DNA of 64,000 nucleotides from Octopus bimaculoides (taxonomy: Eukaryota), in contig NC_068984.1 of NCBI RefSeq assembly GCF_001194135.2, forward strand, positions 20,561,921 through 20,625,920. The letters are read 5' to 3'. This document shows positions 13,000-25,700 of this stretch, in pieces. Positions within the stretch are counted from its first letter, which is position 1; each line of letters starts with the position of its first letter. Made by a program: the position numbers and the translations under genes. The notes beneath the pieces were generated by a model, which worked only from the letters and a program-made list of their open reading frames with translations, did no database searches and was not told the DNA's origin.

Positions 13000-14650
13000 A
13001 GTAATGATGGTTTCAAATTTGGCACAAGGCCAGTAGGTCCAGGGGTAGTGGGTAAGTCAATTACACTGGTCCTAGTGCTCAGTTGGTACTTATTTTATTG
13101 ACACCCAACAAAAAATGAAAGGCAAAGTCAACCTTGGCAAAATTTGAACTCAGAATGGAAAGATGTCAAAATGCCCAGTGTGCTAACAATTCAGTCAGCT
13201 CACCCACCTTTATTCAGTAATAATCCTTTCTTCTATAGGCACAAATTTGAGGGAGGGGGATAATCGATTACATCAACCCCAGTATTTTACTGGTACTTAA
13301 TTTATTGACCCCGAAAGGATGAAAGGCAAAGCTGAGCTTGGCGGAATTTGAACTCACAACGTTGCAACAGGCGAAATACAGCTAAGCATTTCGTCCAGCG
13401 TGCTAACGATTCAGTCAGCTCACTGCCTTTTTATTTAGTAATAATGTTAACAATAGTTGGATCTATTTCAAAACGGGGGCACCAGTTTTCATTTATGTTT
13501 TATGTAGTGTTTTTGGTACCGAAAAACTTTCAAACTTCGTATACTTATCTATTTTGTGTTATAGAACAGAAAAAAATTTTTGTATTCAAATTTATTTCAT
13601 GTAAAAAATTGTCTTATTTCGATAATTTCTACTAATCACTGACGTCTATTCAGTTGAAAACAGTTAGCGCTGTAACGGTGTATATCGTATTAATCTCCTA
13701 ACCCTAACCCTAACTAGACTGTTAACCCTAACCCTAACCCTAAAACTAACCCTAACTCTAGAATCCGAACTCTAAAATTGATACACACAGCGTAGTTTAT
13801 TATATAAACAATACATGCATATAAATTACGATTAAACCGGATGAAATATGTCACAGGGAATAACATTTTTATGACCGCCCAGCAGTAACTCTATTCAGCT
13901 GAATAGACGTCAGTGATTGGTTGAAATTACAGAAATACGACAACTTTAACATGGAATAACTTGCGATGTACGTTTTCTTGTTAAGAAGACTAAGAGTAAA
14001 AGATGTTTTATATGACACATTCTACCAGTGTCCCAAGTTTCAAAGTGTTTCGTTAAGAAAATACTGGTGCCCCCGTTTTGAAATAGATCCCAATAGTTTC
14101 TGATTTAGACACAAGGCCAACAATTTTGAGGGGAGGGGTTTAGTTGATATCATCAACTCTAGTAGTTGATTAGTACTTTTTATTTTACCAACACTGAAAA
14201 GATGAAAAGCAAAATTGACCTGGGTGGGATTTGAACCCAGGATGCTGAATCAACTACCAAAAAATATTCTAACGACTCTGCCAATAATAATACAAGTTTT
14301 TGCATTGGAACAAAGGCTTGAAATTTGAGGGGTGGTTATTAAGAGGAATCATCGACAGTACTTGATTGGCAACTTATTTTATCAACGTCAGAGGGATAAA
14401 CATTAAAGCTAACGTGGGCAGGATTTGAACTAAAAACCAATAGAAATATTGCAAGAAATTTTGTGCCACGTTCTAACGATTCTGTCAATCCAGCGCCTGC
14501 AATAACTGTTTTGAACCCTAACATAGGCACAAGAATAACAATTTGAGGAAAAGAGTTTGTCGATTACATTGGCATAGTACTTTACTGGTTCTTTATTTTA
14601 TTGAAACTAGAGAAGATGAATCTGTGAGATTTTTTTAAAACTCAGAAAGC
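13000..14650 (-). mobile_element. Head-to-tail cluster of about five diverged family A copies, interrupted by the Merlin-like MITE
   Basis: Repeated GGCACAAGGC..GAGGGG..GATTACATC..GATGAAAGGCAAAG..ATTTGAACTC blocks at ~13000-13211, 13218-13430, 14100-14290, 14295-14500 and 14520-14650, all in the same orientation. Confidence 0.75.
13459..14090. mobile_element. MITE with 28-bp perfect TIRs, 8-bp TSD and internal (CCCTAA)n; Merlin/IS1016-like by its GG termini
   Basis: TIR GGATCTATTTCAAAACGGGGGCACCAGT at 13459-13486, with its exact reverse complement at 14063-14090. TSD CAATAGTT at 13451-13458 and 14091-14098. Internal inverted subrepeats (AATCACTGACGTCTATTCAG). Telomere-like repeats at ~13697-13760. 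The superfamily call is an inference. Confidence 0.85.
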
Positions 14651-17600
14651 ATTAAAGCCGGGGATATAACAATTTCTAACATGAAAATCATAATTATTTT
14701 CGATATCGTGCAACGATGAATTCTACATTTTATATACAAATGTTTAGCGTCTATAACCTTCAGACTTGCTGTCTAACTTTGTATTAATCAGGCAAAATTT
14801 CCCTGACGGTAGTATTTTAAGGAATAAGTATTGCTAAGGAAAATAACTCAACCGGCTTGATAGGATGAATTTGGGTAAATAGTGATGTACTGAATGGCGT
14901 AGTCAAAAGAAAATACTCGTTTCCTTCTCAGAGCGAGACCTACATAAGCAGTCATACCACCACCACCATCACCGCCGTTGCCACAAGCTAACAAGAGAGC
15001 TTCTATGCGATCGTTCTATCCGCTAGAAATAGTAACCGAATCTCTTTCAAACCATACTCAGCTGTCTTGGAAAAGAAATAGGCATATTGGATAATGTAGT
15101 CCTAAAAGACAGGATGGCCACATACTTCGAGATGATCTAGATCTAAACATTTATATCAGCAACATCATTCCTGGTGTATAACTACATAGTTCTGTTAAAT
15201 GTCACGATCAAAGTCAGTTGAAAAGCAGAGTAATCCGTAGTTACTTCCCTTAACTATGTCCTGAGAAATACTGATACAGAGGAATAGAAGACGAGAGAGA
15301 GAGAGAGAGAGAGAAAGGAAGATAGGATGAAATAAAGACAGAGAATGAGATAAAGAAAGGAAGAGAGTGAAAGAAAGAGAAAAAGAGAGATAGAGCAAAG
15401 AAAACAAGGTAAAAGACAGAGAGTAAGGGAGACAGAATGAAAGAAAGACAAGCACAGAGACAGGTGTGAAGATGAAGAAAGAGGTGAGAGAGGGAAAGAA
15501 AGCCATAAAGAGGTGGTAGCGGAGAGGCTGGGAGAACTCATTCAGTACGGTATGACTAATTTTCTCCGGGTACCAGGTCAGAGCTCTGGTAGTTTTCAAG
15601 AGGTAGGAGGGCTATTTTCAGACTGTAACTAGGTAGACACCTACCTACCTAGAAAGCTTCTTGTCTAGCTGTTTACATTTCTCTCGATACTTTCACAGAC
15701 AAAATACGCATACACAGACAAGCATATATATAAAAAAAAATATATAAAAAAAAACAATTCACATACTCAGAAACAGATCATACATAATTATTAAACGTAT
15801 ACTTCACACACACACACACACAAATAAATAGATACTGTACTGTTCGTTTGTTGACAGGATCAGCAAAAAAAAAAAAAAAACCTACTTAATTTTCATGAGT
15901 GACCCATAACTTCTGTATTAAATGATATATGCGTATGTGTATATACAATTACACAGGTGAACTTCTACATACATTAACCGAACACTCTGACAATGCACAC
16001 ACTCATCTGTGCGCGCGCTTGCGCGAAGTTAAGTCTGTGTCGAACCGACAGACCCATTTTACAGCGGAGTCTATAGTCCGTTGCTCAAGAACACAATGCA
16101 CCGCCTGATTGGGTAATCGAACCTATAAATTGATGATCGTGAGCTCAACAACTTAAACATTAGGCTATACACATATACACTATGTGTATGTTCCGGCGGA
16201 ACCAAATCTGCGACTCGGGTTCGGTTCCCTGTTACAACTTACTCTTTTAAACCCATCAAACCTCCAGTGCAAGATCTCTAACCTTAAGACAACTACTTGT
16301 CGCCAGTCTGGGAGACCCTGACTAACCAATAATAATAATAATTTTTCTAATATTGGCATAAGGTCAGCAATTTTGAAGATAGGTGACAAATCAATTCCAT
16401 TGACCTTAGTGCTCAACTGTAACTTATTTCATCAAGGGATGAGTCGAAGCCAACGTCGGCCAGAATTTGAATTCAGACTGAAAAGAACCGGAAGATATGC
16501 TACAAAGCATTTTGTCCGATGTGCTAACGATTCTGCCAGTTCGCTGACGATACTGTTGGGATTACATAAAAAGCAAGTAAAGAAGCGAAATAACGGGGAA
16601 TGGAGTGGGGGAAATTTCCCCACTAAGAAGGGAATTTCACAAAATCATTGTCACCTTGATCACTAAGATAAGAGACCCTCTCGTAATTGTTCTCTTCCAG
16701 TCTGTAGGTGCACGCTCAGAGCAGGCATTAACTCGGACCATGCTCGCCACTCTCAATCCACACCTATCTATCCTTCAAAAGCCCATAAACTGGTCTCCTT
16801 AATGCTCATTCAATCTGCTAGTAATAACGACCGAATAACAGCCCTGAGTCTTTAAAAAGGAAACATGCACTGGATAATGTAGTTCAAGATATGCTATGCC
16901 TGAACAAAAATAACAACCAGCTACCTGTAGCATCGATCGTTTAGAGACGGCACTTTATCTAAGAAATTTGTGGTAATAAGCAATAAATTCCAAGATACCA
17001 TTCTTAAACTTCTTCAATTACTTGTCTGAATGAATAGAAACAGAAGTGTACAGACGATTAATAAACTCCTCAACTATAAGATGACACTCAACAATGTTTT
17101 ATTTATAGACACGTGAAGTTGTGTTGCTCTCTTTTGAAAAATGTCTAGACTAAGGTACTTTAGCTATAATATATTTTAGTCCATTAAGCTAGACTGTAGA
17201 ATCTAACTTAAAAGGAAAGGACTCCTTTACGATCGCTGATGAAACCATTGGCTTGCAATGGGCTTAAGCACAACCAACTATGAAGCTCAATATATATGGT
17301 AGATAGAAGATGGCACCGGCATACAGAAAGAGCAGTCACCACTGAAAAGAATGATGAGCTCACTGTTACAAACTGATGATTTGAACCTAGGGTGGAGTGA
17401 GATAAAAGAAACAGAAGTGTGAAAATGTTACTCAAAAATTTGAAAATATCAACTTTCCATTCTCAACATATATGACAGAATACAAGATTGAAATCAGAAA
17501 TTATGAATCTGATTAATTAGAACCTGTACGTCTGGATCTTATATGGCTGGCAGATAAATTATGAATAGATAAAATTTTGCATAAGCAGTCGGACGAGGGT

Positions 17601-17689
17601 GGGAGCAAGTTATTAGGCCTCAGAAGGGTTGGGTTGCAAACCACTAGATCTAGTAAGAGAGATACTACAGAGGGTGGGCCATTCACCTA

Positions 17690-18480
17690 AACACATAAAG
17701 CTAGAGAAGAGAATGTCAATGATGAAAGGGTAAAGGTGGAAGCATATAAAATAAAATCAGCAACAGGAGAGTGCGGAGTAGAAGTAGGAGGAGAAAGAAA
17801 CTGAAGAAGGAAGAGAGGAGGCGCAGGGGAAAGTAGCAGATTAATGAGGAGAGTAAAGAGGGAGGATGAAAGAGCCTAACAGTAAAGAGTGAGGTATGAG
17901 AGGGAAAGTAATGGGGTTAACGAAAAGGGAACGAAGGGACTGAGTAACAAGAGAGGGGTGGTGGTGGTAATGATGGAAGTATAAAGCAATGAATTAAGAA
18001 AATATAAACTAAGAACGAAAAAATGTTATTTTTATCATTTTAAGACACACATACATACATATATTAAAAATTTAATGATATAAGAGGAAGTTGCAGATAA
18101 AGGTATAAGTAAAAGAAAAAAAGTAGTTGTGTTGCGGAAAAAAAGAAAAACACGAGGATTATGGCAAGTAACTGGAAGTAGACGGTTCTGATAACAAAAA
18201 AAGTTGGGATATGTTCCTCCCCTCACCCGAGAGAAATAGAAGGAAAAAAAACGAAAAATTAAAATGAAGAGAAGAGACGAGAAAGAGAGAGAGTGTACTT
18301 GCAAGAAAGAAAGATAAAGTTAGGAGAAGGAGGGGGGAAGAAGGATGGGTGACAGAGGGAGTGAGAGGTGGGCAAGCCCCACGAAGGCAGTCTTAGAGAA
18401 ACACATGGATAATTTTAATCAGATTCGCTTCCTGTCAGTAAGTTAAGACAGTTAGTTCAAAAGTTCAAGCGAAGAGGGAA
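17690..18480 (+). repeat. Purine-rich (GA-rich) low-complexity tract
   Basis: Strong A/G bias on the + strand; similar tracts at ~15290-15520, 35915-35990 and 49000-49200. Confidence 0.7.
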
Positions 18481-20059
18481 AAACTTTGTGTGTGTGTGTG
18501 TATGTATAAATGTAACATGCATACAAAACAACTATTTTAGAATATACATACGCTTAGTAAAAGCAGAAATGGCCTAGCTTATTTTTTTAATACTCTACCC
18601 TTTTTCTAAATAGATAGTGCAAAAACTTCACCATTATCATTACTTTTTTGCAGATGTTGTCAGTTTATAGGGATGTAAGTTAACTTCTTAGCCATGTTGA
18701 ATGCTTTATGACTGTTAATAATAGTTTTGTCACAAATAACAGCAATACTAAATGTCTGAAAGAGGTATAGGCTGCGGTGGGTTACATAGCGAGGCGGGGT
18801 TACGGTGGTGACAATCTGTCATGGTTAGCAAGAGGCACAACTTGCATCTCCCACAAGTGACAAGTGATCAACAAACCAGCTCCCTGACACCAAGCCGGAA
18901 TGGCGGCAATGGTAGAAGAACGCAAGTTCACAGCAAAATCGGATTGGAACGTCCCTGGAACTCCAGTGAGTCGGTTGCACCTGAATGGTTCTGTTTGAAG
19001 GAATGTAAGCAAATACAATTACAATAGGCCCACATACAACGCTTGTGGAAGGAGAGTGCAACCCAGTGCTTTCTGTTCCCAGAGAGAAAGAGAAACAGAT
19101 TTAAGCAATGATTTCAGTACCTCCATCAGAGCGACATCAGTCGGAGAAAAAGCAGAAGCTACAACTATGACAACAATCACCCACGAAAGAGTCTCCGGTG
19201 GACTATACTCCTTAATAAAGCAATAATCACACAACCAGGTACGCAAGGTCAAGCTAAGATATACACGGACATAGCCTTGACATCTCCTAAGTCATGAAAT
19301 AAAAAAAAAGTTTTAGGGAAGAGACAGAGAAGTAGCATCTTTTATCTTTTACTTGTTTCAATCATTAGACTGCGGGCTTGCTGGGACACCGCCATGAATT
19401 TTTTGTTGAACGATCGACCTAAGTATTTATTATTATTTTTTAAAGCCTGGTACTTATTTTGCCAAACCGCTAAGTTACGGGAACGTTAACACACCAACAT
19501 AGGTTGTCAAGAGGTGGTGAGGGACAAACACAGACACAAAGACGCACAAATACTTATATACGAAAGCTTCTTTCAGTTTCCATCTAACAAATCCTCTCAC
19601 AAGGCTTTGGTCAGCTCGAGGTCATAGAAGACACTTCTAGCCACAGAATTAAAGAAAGATCAGATAAGTTAAACCAGTAATCATGCTCTCAAGATACAAA
19701 TGTTTGGAAGCTCGAAGTTTTGCAAAAATAAAAAAGAGCGTATACGGGACAAATAAGGGATATACAAAGAATCCCAAGACGAAGGTACTTGAGGGGCACA
19801 TGAAGCATTCCTAAGTTAACAAGTCTTAAAACTTTGGATTGCCAATACTATAAACAAGGTAGATAACTTCCCCTTATCTTTTCACAAGCAAACATATGGG
19901 AATTAAAGAGTGTGATGTGTAAATAAGTGAACTTAACTTGGGAATCGGTGCAGAAGGGACATCTGCTAAATTGTCTCAGATCACTAAGGCTAGATCAATC
20001 GCTCGCCCTCCTGGTCTACAACGAGATCCATGCTTCGGGACCGATGCATTGATCTAGAG

Positions 20060-20126
20060 CAGCGTTTTTCAAACTGTGGGTCCCAATCCTTCAGTAGGTC
20101 GCGACAAACAAGTTAGAAAAACGCTG
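20060..20126. mobile_element. 67-bp hAT (Charlie-type) MITE
   Basis: TIR CAGCGTTTTTCAAAC / GTTAGAAAAACGCTG (14/15). 8-bp TSD ATCTAGAG at 20052-20059 and 20127-20134. Confidence 0.75.
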
Positions 20127-20134
20127 ATCTAGAG

Positions 20135-20319
20135 CAGTGCTCCACAACCTTTTTTCACTTGCGGTATACTTACATTCTTTTCAAAATTCGGCGGCACACC
20201 TGAACTAAAAATATAACTAAGTATAGGGGGGGAAAATTATATTCAGGTTACACTGCGGCATACCTAGCATCGTCTCGTGGCACATCAGGGTGCCGCGGAA
20301 TACCTGTTGCGGAGCACTG
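20135..20319. mobile_element. 185-bp hAT-type MITE directly adjacent to the previous one
   Basis: TIR CAGTGCTCCACAAC / GTTGCGGAGCACTG (13/14). Left flank ATCTAGAG, right flank ATCTTCAT (only a partial TSD match). Confidence 0.65.
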
Positions 20320-20462
20320 ATCTTCATAGATTCAGATAATGGGTCTTTGATGTGGAAAAGCTTCTTCGTTGACTTGATTTGTTCAGTGTCCATGCACTGC
20401 TGATTTGTAGGTTTATGTGAAACATCCATTACCATATGCAACACGAATTCACCTATCAATTC

Positions 20463-20484
20463 AGCCAATCAGGAAGATCCGCCC
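20463..20484 (+). promoter_or_regulatory. CCAAT box (AGCCAATCAG) followed by a GC box (CCGCCC)
   Basis: TCAGCCAATCAGGAAGATCCGCCC lies inside the CpG-retaining domain. Motif match only. Confidence 0.3.
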
Positions 20485-20745
20485 ATCGCTTTCTAGTTTT
20501 TTTTTTTTAAAGGACGGAATTATTTTGTTTTGTTTTTCGTGGTGACTATGGTGAAGGCGGCTGAAAGATCAAAGGATAAAACTTGCATAAATTTCTTCAA
20601 GTACCACTGGTAGATTTAGTAGATAGAGAGAGGCACTCCCTTCTGGTGAATTTAGTAGAGCTAGTGAAGCACTGGAGTCAATGTAATTGACTAAAACCCG
20701 CTTCCCACGAAAATTTCAGGCCTTGTGCCTATAGTAGAAAGTATT

Positions 20746-20955
20746 AAGGCAGCAAGCTGGCGGAATTGTTAGCACGTTGGCCGAAATGCTTAGCGGTATT
20801 TCGCCCATCTTTACGTTCTGAGTTCAAATTCCGCCGAGGTCGACTTTGTCTTTCATCCTTTCGGAGTCGATAAATTAAGTACAAGTTGTGTACTGGGATA
20901 GATCTAATCGACTGGGACCTCCCCATAAATTTCAGGCCTTGTGCCTATAGAAAGG

Positions 20956-20989
<34 letters not shown>
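20746..20989 (+). mobile_element. SINE family A copy with alternative 3' tail ending in (TTA)n
   Basis: Same head and core. Tail ..AAATTTCAGGCCTTGTGCCTATAGAAAGGA(TTA)n. Truncated copies lie on both sides (~20600-20745 and ~21010-21125). Confidence 0.85.
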
Positions 20990-22204
20990 GTTGTAGTAGT
21001 AGTAAGAATATGCGGAGGAGGAAAGGTCGGTGGATTGGTAGAATCCTCAGCACATCGGACAAAATGCTCTTCATATTCTGAGTTCAAATTTTACGAGGTC
21101 AACTTTACCTTTCATCCATCCGGGATCAGTATATGTGCCTACATAAGAAAACATAATTTATTATATCTATTGCAATACATTAGAACGGCTGTGTAGAGAG
21201 TATAGTGAAATCAGACTAGTTAAAGTAGTAAACGCTTATTAAATAAAGTTCGCTGCAGCCACTTTTCTAACATCAAATATAACCGAACGGAAAGGCTAAA
21301 ATGGACTGTCTTCACACTCTTGTGTGAATTATTAACAATAAAATAAAATTAAAAAGATATAATGAATTGAAATACCAGTGATATAGAGACGGGGTCAATT
21401 CAATATACGAAACCCCCTTTCTCAAGAAGAAAAAAAGTTACTGCTACTGCTATTACAGCTGCCAACACCACCAGTTGGTAGTTTGCTATTCAAGATTACT
21501 TGTTACATACACCGACAGGATGATTTAGTGGGAACCAAACAGCAAGCAACTCAACTAACTACAAGCATTTTAAATAGCCCTACCAACCCACTTTATTTAT
21601 TTATATATGTATGTGTGTTTTTTTTTTTACACAAGCCTTGGTTGTAATCACCACCACCACTAGATATATTTTCTTCAGTTTTTATATAATTCTTTACTGC
21701 ACACAAGTCTCTCTTTTTTTTTCTTATATATTGTGAGCCTTTACCACTGCCGAAGCAGCACAAAAAAAAAAATTTAAAAAAAAAGAAAAATACCAGCAAC
21801 AACAAACTACACGACTACTAAATAAATCTTAGCGCTTATAACATTAAGGAATGTGAGAGCAGTGGGAGGAGATCTGTACAGCAACCAATAGGCAACAAGG
21901 AGTTTTGACAGTTTAGAAGTTGTGCGAAACTTTTCAGATCGGTGAAGCTCTCTTCGTTTTCCCCTAACTTCAATCCTTTGCTTAACTAACACTCATACCT
22001 CCACCCACCTCTCTCTTTCCATCTCCCTCCACAAACACACACAACTACGGGATTTTTTGTATAATTCACATTAATTAGGTAAACTTAAAAGTTGTTATAT
22101 NNNNNNNNNNNNNNNNNNNNNNNNNNNNNNNNNNNNNNNNNNNNNNNNNNNNNNNNNNNNNNNNNNNNNNNNNNNNNNNNNNNNNNNNNNNNNNNNNNNN
22201 NNNN

Positions 22205-22246
<42 letters not shown>

Positions 22247-22603
22247 CATGCTACGTTTATATTTGCACATAATGTGATTAAAACGTTTCTCTCTCTCTCT
22301 CTCTTCACACTTCAAATTTCGACGCAAGGAAAAATAAATGAAAAAGACAACTATGTTAACTTTACGGTGGAACAGTAAACTTGTAGTTAACTGAATAACC
22401 TGGATCAAATTAACAGGCACTGCTGCCAAGCTAAAGTGAATAAAAAAAAATGACCCAGTCTTCATATAGACAGCAAGGGTAATAATTATAATAAAATATA
22501 AATTAATACGTGAAATTGAAGGAAATAATGCAGAGATGCATTAATAGCACTCTATGGATGCATTATATACGCCCATATATATATACATACATGCACACAC
22601 ATC

Positions 22604-22673
<70 letters not shown>

Positions 22674-22683
22674 CATGCACACA

Positions 22684-22714
<31 letters not shown>

Positions 22715-25700
22715 GCGTGTATTTTTCAAGCCTCTGAAATCAAGGAAAAATTCGCACAAGTGCTTTTACTTATTTTTTCTTTCTTTCATACAAGGCAACA
22801 AGTATCCCAGCATTCCAAAGTAGCGCCAACATTGCGCTTGTCGATGTCACCAACACCGTCATGTAATTGTAATCCAACTTCCTTTTCCGTTCTCGGCCTA
22901 CTCCTTTTCTCTCACTCTCTTTCTCCTCCTGTTGCGTGAGAAATAGAGAGGGAGAGAAAGAACAAACGACAGGAAATTATATATATGTATATGCATATAT
23001 ACGCACACATGTAAATCTATAATTTCCTGTTGCTCACCCCTTATGTTTGTGTGTATAATGTTTCTGAAATGCTTTAAAATTTACAGTTTTGTAAATTATG
23101 GCCGTGACACTAAATAAAATACGAACGGCGTAAAGTAACCTGGTACCGTAACAATTATATGTTCAGTTACAGCCCAGGACCTGTGTGTGTGTGTGTACAC
23201 CACACAGCTATATAGGTAGGCTTTGTGTTCGGCCTAACAAAATACGTTGCATATAAGTAATCTATGAAAGAAAACTTTCTTTCATAAAGTGACATACACA
23301 ATTCATTCACTCGTGTCAACCATTCACGTACCTGCTTTGTAAAGTCTTGACAGGTTAACGCAAATAAACACACACACATGTGATATAGCCACACACACAC
23401 ACTCTCTCTAACTATATGTGTGTGTAAAGAGAGATGTTTGTAAATTGGTTGTTAATGACTCACATGGCCATTACTCGGAGTTTAGACACGAAAGCACACG
23501 TTTTTGGTGGCCGCATCAAGTATAAGTTTGGCTGCGCTTGGGTTCAAACGTGACTCCTTATTGGTTGCAGATAGGCTTGATACTCGTTGGATAAGTCGGG
23601 TCATGTGATGAAAGTCGCTGCATAAATCCCTACAAAGCTTTATTAAATTGTCAAATTGCTACAGAGTGTAGAGCGATAATTCTGTCAGTAAGGGCATTAT
23701 TTTCGAGTTGGTTGGAACTGACCCCAAACAAAATTTCTCTTGTGACGGCAAATCATAACTCAGCTCAGATTTTCTGTTGGAGAATGTCGTAGGCTACTTT
23801 ACGATATGAATTCTCTCAAACAGAGATTACCATTATGTATCTTACATGAATATGGAATGACAGTAACGACACTGTTTCAAATAAAGTGAGGCAGTCATAT
23901 GTTTGGTCTCTAAGCTTCCAGATAAAATGGGCAAGGAAGTGAAGTTTCGAAGAATCCCCTGTCGCTGGACATGCAGAAGTTCTGATCTTGTCTATACCAT
24001 CTTTTGAAGTCATTAGCAGTAAGTCCCCTATCTGGTGGGTGTGTATAGTTCTCCATACACCATGACCTTGGAAAGTCCAAACGAGGTGACAGTATGTATC
24101 TACAGGGAATTCCTTTTGCTATAATTATGGACCTAGTAGCAGGCACAAGCAGGAAAGCCCTGCTCATAATGACCCACCACAACCGAAAACATACATCCTC
24201 AGAGCCCCTACGCTAGTAACCCAGCAATAATTGTCAAAACAGGTTCACTTGCCCACTTCACTTAGAGGCTCAGACACGACTTCCTCAGCATAACTTGGAA
24301 CAATGTCAATAGCTTCCCTCCGGTATTTGCAGACAATGTCTGTCCGAGAAACTACATATATCCTTTCGCTGCCCGTTGTATTCTTTAAAAGAAAATCTGA
24401 AATTATCATAGACGTGTTTTCGTTTCAGGTCAATGATTTGTGTTCTGTTTATGTTTTAAAAGTGTGTTTTAAGCTTTTTTTAATTGGTGTGGTGTCTGAT
24501 GCATTTGCATCATATATGTATATATATATTCCATGTTCACATATATCTATATACACATCCACTTTATAAGTAGCTACATTCATACAAATATGCACACCTA
24601 CATGTAAACATTCGAATGAAGTTTCTTCAATTAACGATACACATGAAAACAAAAACAAAACATACACGCGCATGCGAAAACACTCACGCAAGCGCTGTAT
24701 ATATAAAAAAAAAAATACAAATATGTTATCTTAGCCGTCACTCACAAGCAGACGGATAGCTGCCTTCTTCGGTCCCTGGCACATGGGGGGGGGGGAACTG
24801 CCTGTACGCCACATCAAATAGTTTGAGAAGCATTGGTCTAGATTTCCTTTTCAGCTGAGTTGACTGGGGCAACGTTGTATCCTTGCTCAAGGTCACAACA
24901 TGCTGTCCAATCCAGGAATTGAACCCACGGCTTTACGATCGTAAACGTAACACCTTAACCGTTAGGCCAGGCGCATTCACAAAAATTTTATAAAGTAGAT
25001 AATAAATGAATATAAAACACATCTAAAAGAAGACATAAGTGAGTGGAAGAAAGTGATGAAAAGACGGTTAGAAGTTAGTTGTTTGTTAACAAGACGTAAA
25101 TGAGATGAGACAGGACACAAGAAAGAACAAGTGAAGAGTTCAATGCATTACGTACTTCTATAAACGAAACATATATAAGGATAGATATTTATGTTCTCTC
25201 TCTCTCTCACACACACACACGTATGCATACATATACACGCACACATACATGCATATATACTTACTTATGTATATACATGTATAGTGAGGGAATGAACGGA
25301 GGTAATAAGAGGGCACTGTAAGATGCTGCAATCCAATGGTGGTTACCCGTAAAAGGTATGATGTACTTAGTGAGAAGTTGTACTTTAAATGGAGTTACTT
25401 GTGAAAGATGCCGTAAGCAATTATTAAGAGGGTGTGCAACGGTGTGTGTTCGTCCTTTACGAGTATAGGCATATATATATACACGAGTCTGTTCACATAA
25501 GGGCACGCACAAACTCCCCCATTTGAAACCATATTCATTTTAACATGTTAAGAAATGTAAGCTACGAAGATTTACATATGTATGTAAGTTCTGACACGGT
25601 TCTTATGTGCAGCGTAAAAGTACGTATTCATGTAATTTTCGTGGTGTGATTCTTTCGCATGGTTCAAACAGACATAAGCGGCGGAGATGTACATAAATAC

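Noticed and set aside
13697-13760. (CCCTAA)n as a chromosome end or ancient telomere fusion
   Set aside because: Short, degenerate and internal to a TSD-flanked MITE present twice in the window.
18654-18674. Possible 21-nt + strand microexon (ttttttgcag|ATGTTGTCAGTTTATAGGGAT|gtaagt)
   Set aside because: No partner exons or + strand gene were identified; isolated splice-like motifs are common by chance.
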